This document shows, piece after piece, positions 27,702 through 32,048 of a stretch of DNA of 32,048 nucleotides (position 1 is its first letter; the number at the start of each line of letters is the position of its first letter). Below the pieces are notes generated by a model. That model was not told where the DNA came from and ran no database searches. It saw only the letters and a list, made by a program, of their open reading frames with translations. Both the position numbers and the translations under genes were made by a program. Origin of the DNA: an uncultured Gammaproteobacteria bacterium (GTDB taxonomy: Bacteria; Patescibacteriota; Microgenomatia; UBA12405); the NCBI GenBank assembly GCA_964496075.1, contig CAZBXB010000004.1, positions 1-32,048 on the forward strand, in the 5' to 3' direction.

Positions 27702-28725
27702 TGCCCGATAGACCTTTGACAACTTGTATATCAGATTCAGACTCAATGCCCGTTTCAATTTCTACTAACTTGGTACTATTACCATCTTTAACTAAAACAT
27801 ACTTTTTGGAAGCATTTTCTATCAAGGCTTCAATGGGGATAGTCAAAGTATGGCTGGATTGATCCAGAACTATATTGACATCACCGTTCATACCAAGACG
27901 ATATTTTAGGCCTTGGTTATCAAGATCTAATTTAAATTTGAGTTGGTAGACGGTAGAGCTTTTGCCAGAAATAGGGGCAAAAGATATATAGTAAATTTCT
28001 GACTCGAAAATTTGATCGGGAGCACTATCTATACTGATTTGGCTTTTTTGACCAATGAAAAGCTTGCCTACATCTTCTTCGTCAATTTCGGAGTTAAAGA
28101 AAATTGAGTTGGGATTGATGATGACAAAGTCGGCAGTGGAGGGAGTAATATTGATTCCGGCGTTGGGAGTGTCTATTTGAGTAACAATACCTTCAATTGG
28201 GGTGGTAAGAGTGGCGTATTTGACAGCTAAATCAGCCAGTTCGTAATCCAGAACAGCATTATTTAGGGTAAATTGTTGTCTATCTAAAATACGTTGAATT
28301 TCGTCAGTAATCAGGTGACTATCTCTGGTGGTTTGATAGTCGTCTTGGGTATCTTCAAAATTCCACCTGTCTGTCAGATAATTATTGGCTTCTTTTTGAA
28401 ATTTTTTGCTTAGCTCGATTTTATCTAGCGAGGCAATGGCTTGGCCTTTTTTGACCCTATCCCCTACTTTGATTCCAACCCAGGCTAGTCTACCTGAAGT
28501 TTGAAATCTTAAATTAGCAATTTGGTCGGCATCGATGAAACCTACCAGAGTTAAACTTTGGCTGATATCTTGTTTGGTGGGTGTAATTATTTTGTCGGTC
28601 TTGGAATTGTACTTTTCGGCCTTAAGACCGGATTCATCGGCTTTGGCGGTAGATAAAAATAGATAGCCGGTTAGGAAAAGAAAAATTGCTATTAAGGTGA
28701 TTCTGGTAAGTTTGTTTTGAGGCAC
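27676..28725 (-). CDS. HlyD/MFP-family periplasmic adaptor subunit
   Basis: TM anchor, lipoyl-like GDRVKKGQAIASLD, coiled-coil region and a beta-barrel C-terminus. Precedes the ABC ATPase and permease genes. Confidence 0.8.
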   Translation of the reverse strand: MPQNKLTRITLIAIFLFLTGYLFLSTAKADESGLKAEKYNSKTDKIITPTKQDISQSLTLVGFIDADQIANLRFQTSGRLAWVGIKVGDRVKKGQAIASLDKIELSKKFQKEANNYLTDRWNFEDTQDDYQTTRDSHLITDEIQRILDRQQFTLNNAVLDYELADLAVKYATLTTPIEGIVTQIDTPNAGINITPSTADFVIINPNSIFFNSEIDEEDVGKLFIGQKSQISIDSAPDQIFESEIYYISFAPISGKSSTVYQLKFKLDLDNQGLKYRLGMNGDVNIVLDQSSHTLTIPIEALIENASKKYVLVKDGNSTKLVEIETGIESESDIQVVKGLSGNEQIIIKD

Positions 28726-28736
28726 GGTTAATTGTA

Positions 28737-29042
28737 TCAGGAATTTTGGGGCTTTTCCTGCCTAATTTGCTTTAACTTCCACATAAATAGTTTGTAGGGG
28801 GTTTTAATAGTACCCGGATTTTGATCTTTGATAAACAATCTAGCTTTTTCTAATATTTTCCTATCTTCCTTTTTGGCAAGACGGATGTAAAGGGAGCGGT
28901 TTTTCCAATCACCCAGTTCTTCGGCCAGCTGGAGCCCATAGGCTTGAAATTCGTTTTTGACATATTTTTTGCGTTTAGCAAGAGTCTGTTTAAAAATTGC
29001 AAGCTGATCTGATAAGTTGGTGGGGGCTGATTTTCGAGACAA
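28737..29042 (-). CDS. hypothetical small basic protein
   Basis: 101 aa and K/R-rich. Ends 11 nt upstream of the adaptor gene, so it is probably first in the exporter operon. No motif recognised. Confidence 0.5.
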   Translation of the reverse strand: MSRKSAPTNLSDQLAIFKQTLAKRKKYVKNEFQAYGLQLAEELGDWKNRSLYIRLAKKEDRKILEKARLFIKDQNPGTIKTPYKLFMWKLKQIRQEKPQNS

Positions 29043-29195
29043 TGTTTTGGTTTAAAAATAAGTTAGGATAATTATACTAGCGCCGACTATCACCATACAC
29101 AAAAGCTGGACCATAAAAGTGTCTTTTATAGAAAAACTTTTCATAAGAGGATTATAAACCATTTTTAGAAAAATTTGGGTAAAACTGATTGATTG

Positions 29196-29268
29196 TGGAC
29201 CTAGACAGATTCGAACTGTCGGCTCATCAGTGCGACTGATGTGTTTTAACCAACTGAACTATAGGCCC
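29196..29268 (-). tRNA. tRNA-Ala (anticodon CGC)
   Basis: Hand-folded. Acceptor GGGCCTA/TAGGTCC with the G3:U70 alanine identity pair, anticodon stem CATCA/TGATG, loop GTCGCAC, T-arm GACAG-TTCGAAT-CTGTC. CCA is not encoded. Confidence 0.8.
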
Positions 29269-29852
29269 AAGATTTTATCTAAATCCTCTACTATTTTATC
29301 AATAGATTGGTCTATTTTGGGCTTTTGGTCGGCTGTTGGTGGTATAAGGACATAATCCTCTACGTCGATACTATCAGTTGGATGATCGATGCCTATACGT
29401 ATGCGCCAAAATTGTTGGTTTCCTAACTGTTCTATGATGGATTTGATGCCATTGTGGCCAGCCGGACCCCGGTCGAATTGAATTTTTGACTCCCCTACCC
29501 CAATATCCAGATCATCGTGGGCGATATAAATGTTTTCCGGCTCAATTTTATAAAAGTTGACAATTTTACTGACAGTGAGTCCCGATAAATTCATATAAGT
29601 AGAAGGGATGGCTAAGATTAAGTCGATATTTTGTTGCTTAAGTATGCCAATTTTGGCTTTAAAGGAAGGCTTTAACGACAGTTTTATGCCATGCTTTTTG
29701 ACATATTTTTCAACCAAACGACCACCTAGGTTGTGCCTGGTGTTTTGGTAGTTTTTGCCTGGATTTCCCAGACCGACTAAAAGTGTATACATAGAAAATT
29801 TACAACCTAAAGATCGAAATTTTGTGTTCCGCTTTGTATTCACTTTGTTCAT
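29259..29852 (-). CDS. pth: peptidyl-tRNA hydrolase
   Basis: LLVGLGNPGKNYQNTRHNLG and GHNG blocks. The likelier start is the M at 29792 (MYTLLVGLGNPG). Confidence 0.9.
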   Translation of the reverse strand: MNKVNTKRNTKFRSLGCKFSMYTLLVGLGNPGKNYQNTRHNLGGRLVEKYVKKHGIKLSLKPSFKAKIGILKQQNIDLILAIPSTYMNLSGLTVSKIVNFYKIEPENIYIAHDDLDIGVGESKIQFDRGPAGHNGIKSIIEQLGNQQFWRIRIGIDHPTDSIDVEDYVLIPPTADQKPKIDQSIDKIVEDLDKILGL

Positions 29853-30051
29853 GTTTTAAATAATTCTTGGAATAAAAAACCTATATATAGGCAATATTTA
29901 ATTTCAATGATATATTAGCAGTCTATTGCTTTGTCTGCTAATATACTAAGATATATTTTAATATACTAGTTTACACTTTGATCATCGAATTAAAATGTAA
30001 AAAGTATGTATATGTATTTTAACCTAAATTAATAATGTATTAGAATTCAGA

Positions 30052-31428
30052 GTGAAATTGAATTTGAAAAATATTTTGTTTTTAGTATTTGTGTTTGTGC
30101 TGTTTTGGACAGCACCTCTTGATCCGGACTTAGGCTGGCACTTGCGCTATGGTCAGCAGATTTTTGAAGAAGGGCGAGTATTTAGGGACAATAGTATCGG
30201 TTATTTTTTAATCGAACATATATGGACCTTAAACTACAGTCTATATCAATGGTTGATATTTGTATTGGAGAAATATGTGGGGGTATGGAGTTTATCGGTG
30301 GTGCAGTCGGCCCTAATGATGGCTATGTTTGGAGTTATAAAAAAGATATTTAAGCTTGATTTGATAAGTGGAGTGTTGGTTGTCTTGTATTTTTGGTTGC
30401 TTAGCTTACCGGTAGTAGGTCTGGGTCTAAGACCGCAGGTATTATCAACAGTTTTTTTGGTTTTTAGTTTGGCAATTTTAATAAAGAGACGATGGTGGTG
30501 GCTAGTGCCTCTATCTTTTATGTGGGCCAATAGTCATGGCGCCTTTATATTGGAGTTAATGGTGATGTCGATCTATTTTGGGCAGCTCTTGGTAAAAAAA
30601 GATAAAGAAATACTTAAGTTTGGCTTGATTGGACTATTAGTGGTGGGAGTATCTTTAATAAACCCTTTTGGAGTGGGTATTTACCAAGAAGCCTTAAGGC
30701 ATAGTTGGTATCCTTTAAATCAATTAATTGCAGAGTGGTTACCACCAGCCAATTTGGGAATTGTAATGATATTGATTACTATAAGCGGGCTGGCAGTGGT
30801 GGCAGTTGGAGTTGGTGTTAAAAAAAAGAATTTATTGTTTTTGGCAGTAAGCTGGTTGTTTTTTTTGGGTTTGGCTTTTAAAGCCAGAAGGAATTTAAGT
30901 TTGTTTGGAGTGGCATCAATTTTTTTAGTATTGAATATGGTAAAAGTGAAGATAAAAGAGGGGTGGTGGGTTTGGGTGATTGTGTCGGCATTGACAGTAT
31001 TTATATTGGTAAAAAATGGCATGCTAGATAAAAAGGCTGACTGGGATCTAATTGAAAAAGAGAGGGGTTATCCAATGGGAGCAATTGAATACTTGAAGAC
31101 AGATGACAAGTGCCAAAATATTTACAATACCTACGAATGGGGTGGATATTTAGTCTGGAAAATGCCACAAAAGAAGTTTTTTGTTGATGGCAGAATGCCG
31201 ACTTGGGATAATGCTGAAAAGAAAAGTCCGTATACGATCTATTTGGAGATAATTCAGGCTAGGCCTGGTTGGAGTGACAGAGTGATTGGCTATGGAACTG
31301 ATTGCCTTTTAATATCAAAAGGAACTTTCTTGGATTTGGAACTAAGAGATGAAAGCAAAAACTGGCAAGACACTTGGAGAACTGTGTATGAGGATGAAAA
31401 AAGTGTTGTCTATGACTTGGCTAAATAA
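30052..31428 (+). CDS. polytopic membrane protein, possibly a GT-C-fold glycosyltransferase-like protein
   Basis: About 10 hydrophobic helices, a first-loop acidic motif APLDPDLGWHLRYG, and a soluble C-terminal domain. Confidence 0.55.
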   Translation: MKLNLKNILFLVFVFVLFWTAPLDPDLGWHLRYGQQIFEEGRVFRDNSIGYFLIEHIWTLNYSLYQWLIFVLEKYVGVWSLSVVQSALMMAMFGVIKKIFKLDLISGVLVVLYFWLLSLPVVGLGLRPQVLSTVFLVFSLAILIKRRWWWLVPLSFMWANSHGAFILELMVMSIYFGQLLVKKDKEILKFGLIGLLVVGVSLINPFGVGIYQEALRHSWYPLNQLIAEWLPPANLGIVMILITISGLAVVAVGVGVKKKNLLFLAVSWLFFLGLAFKARRNLSLFGVASIFLVLNMVKVKIKEGWWVWVIVSALTVFILVKNGMLDKKADWDLIEKERGYPMGAIEYLKTDDKCQNIYNTYEWGGYLVWKMPQKKFFVDGRMPTWDNAEKKSPYTIYLEIIQARPGWSDRVIGYGTDCLLISKGTFLDLELRDESKNWQDTWRTVYEDEKSVVYDLAK

Positions 31429-32048
31429 TGTTTTCTGTCAAATTCCAGCTTGTTAACTCCGTTCCTATTATTTTTTTTTCCAAAAACAGTTTCTTTAGAC
31501 TTCCGCGAGCCCTACCGTCAACTATAAATGTTTTTATGCCTAATTTAGACATTTCTGCCAATTCTTCAATCTTTGTTCTCATTCCTCCGGTTACATCGAC
31601 ATTTCCTGTTTGGACAAAAGCACCTTGTTTGATCAATTTGTTGAAAATCTTGGGAGTGAGTTTCCCTACTAACTTATTATTTACATCTAGTACACCCGGG
31701 AAGTTACCTACTGAGACGAAAAATACTTCTTTCCACAAACTAAGATCAAAGTTTTTTGCTATCAACTGAAGCACTTTGTCACAAGAAAAGATACTTACTC
31801 CTTGGTTTTCGTCAACCAAAACGTCTCCGTGTACCACCGGTATAATTTTCTGTTTGAGCATGTAAATAATTGGCTCAAGCCATATTGATTTTAATTTACG
31901 TGAAGCAGACAAGATTGAGTCGTGTGGCGATACTCCCATAACTGGGATTTTTTTCTTAAGGAACTCATTAACCACTATTCGATTTATAGTAACAGCATCA
32001 TTTTGGACTAGACAAGCACCGTATTTACTGTTTTTGTTAACAAAACCC
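31421..32048 (-). CDS. isopentenyl phosphate kinase-like amino-acid-kinase family protein (5' end outside window)
   Basis: The frame is open to the window edge upstream of the GTG at 31975. VHGDVLVD, VDVTGGM and FIVDG blocks fit the IPK branch of the amino-acid-kinase fold. Confidence 0.65.
   Translation of the reverse strand, partial: GFVNKNSKYGACLVQNDAVTINRIVVNEFLKKKIPVMGVSPHDSILSASRKLKSIWLEPIIYMLKQKIIPVVHGDVLVDENQGVSIFSCDKVLQLIAKNFDLSLWKEVFFVSVGNFPGVLDVNNKLVGKLTPKIFNKLIKQGAFVQTGNVDVTGGMRTKIEELAEMSKLGIKTFIVDGRARGSLKKLFLEKKIIGTELTSWNLTENII

Overview
This is a low-GC, gene-dense bacterial window that uses the standard genetic code (TGA ends rpsF, rpsR and yebC at the expected lengths). The content and style suggest a small-genome CPR/Patescibacteria-like organism; that placement is inference only. 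Most genes are housekeeping: cysS (3' end), rpsF-ssb-rpsR (no rplI follows), Ctp and HtrA proteases, prfA, rpmE, hisS, dnaB, lspA, a RluA-family synthase, yebC, a Xer recombinase, gyrA, gyrB, a SpoU methylase, a ferredoxin, pth, isopentenyl phosphate kinase and a MacAB-type ABC exporter. There are three tRNAs: His-GUG, Leu-CAA and Ala-CGC.

Observations worth a second look:
- An accessory islet at 22.8-25.8 kb. It holds an orphan ORF with an ART/RES-like motif layout, a Panacea(SocA)-domain antitoxin with a RelE/ParE-like toxin, and an Rx4H HEPN protein start/stop-coupled to a His-rich membrane protein at the tail of the exporter operon.
- A 141-aa mini-intein that splits the GyrB EGDSAGG|S Toprim motif.
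- An RF1 that lacks the whole N-terminal domain 1.
- An 0.8-kb non-coding region at the point where gene orientation converges. It contains a dif-like 11-6-11 site next to the Xer gene, plus GTCCTATAAT repeats.
- Dispersed tandem 7-bp arrays.
- Recurrent (TGn)TAnAAT boxes 5-8 nt upstream of start codons, which suggests leaderless mRNAs.

All functional calls come from reading motifs by eye. No searches were run.
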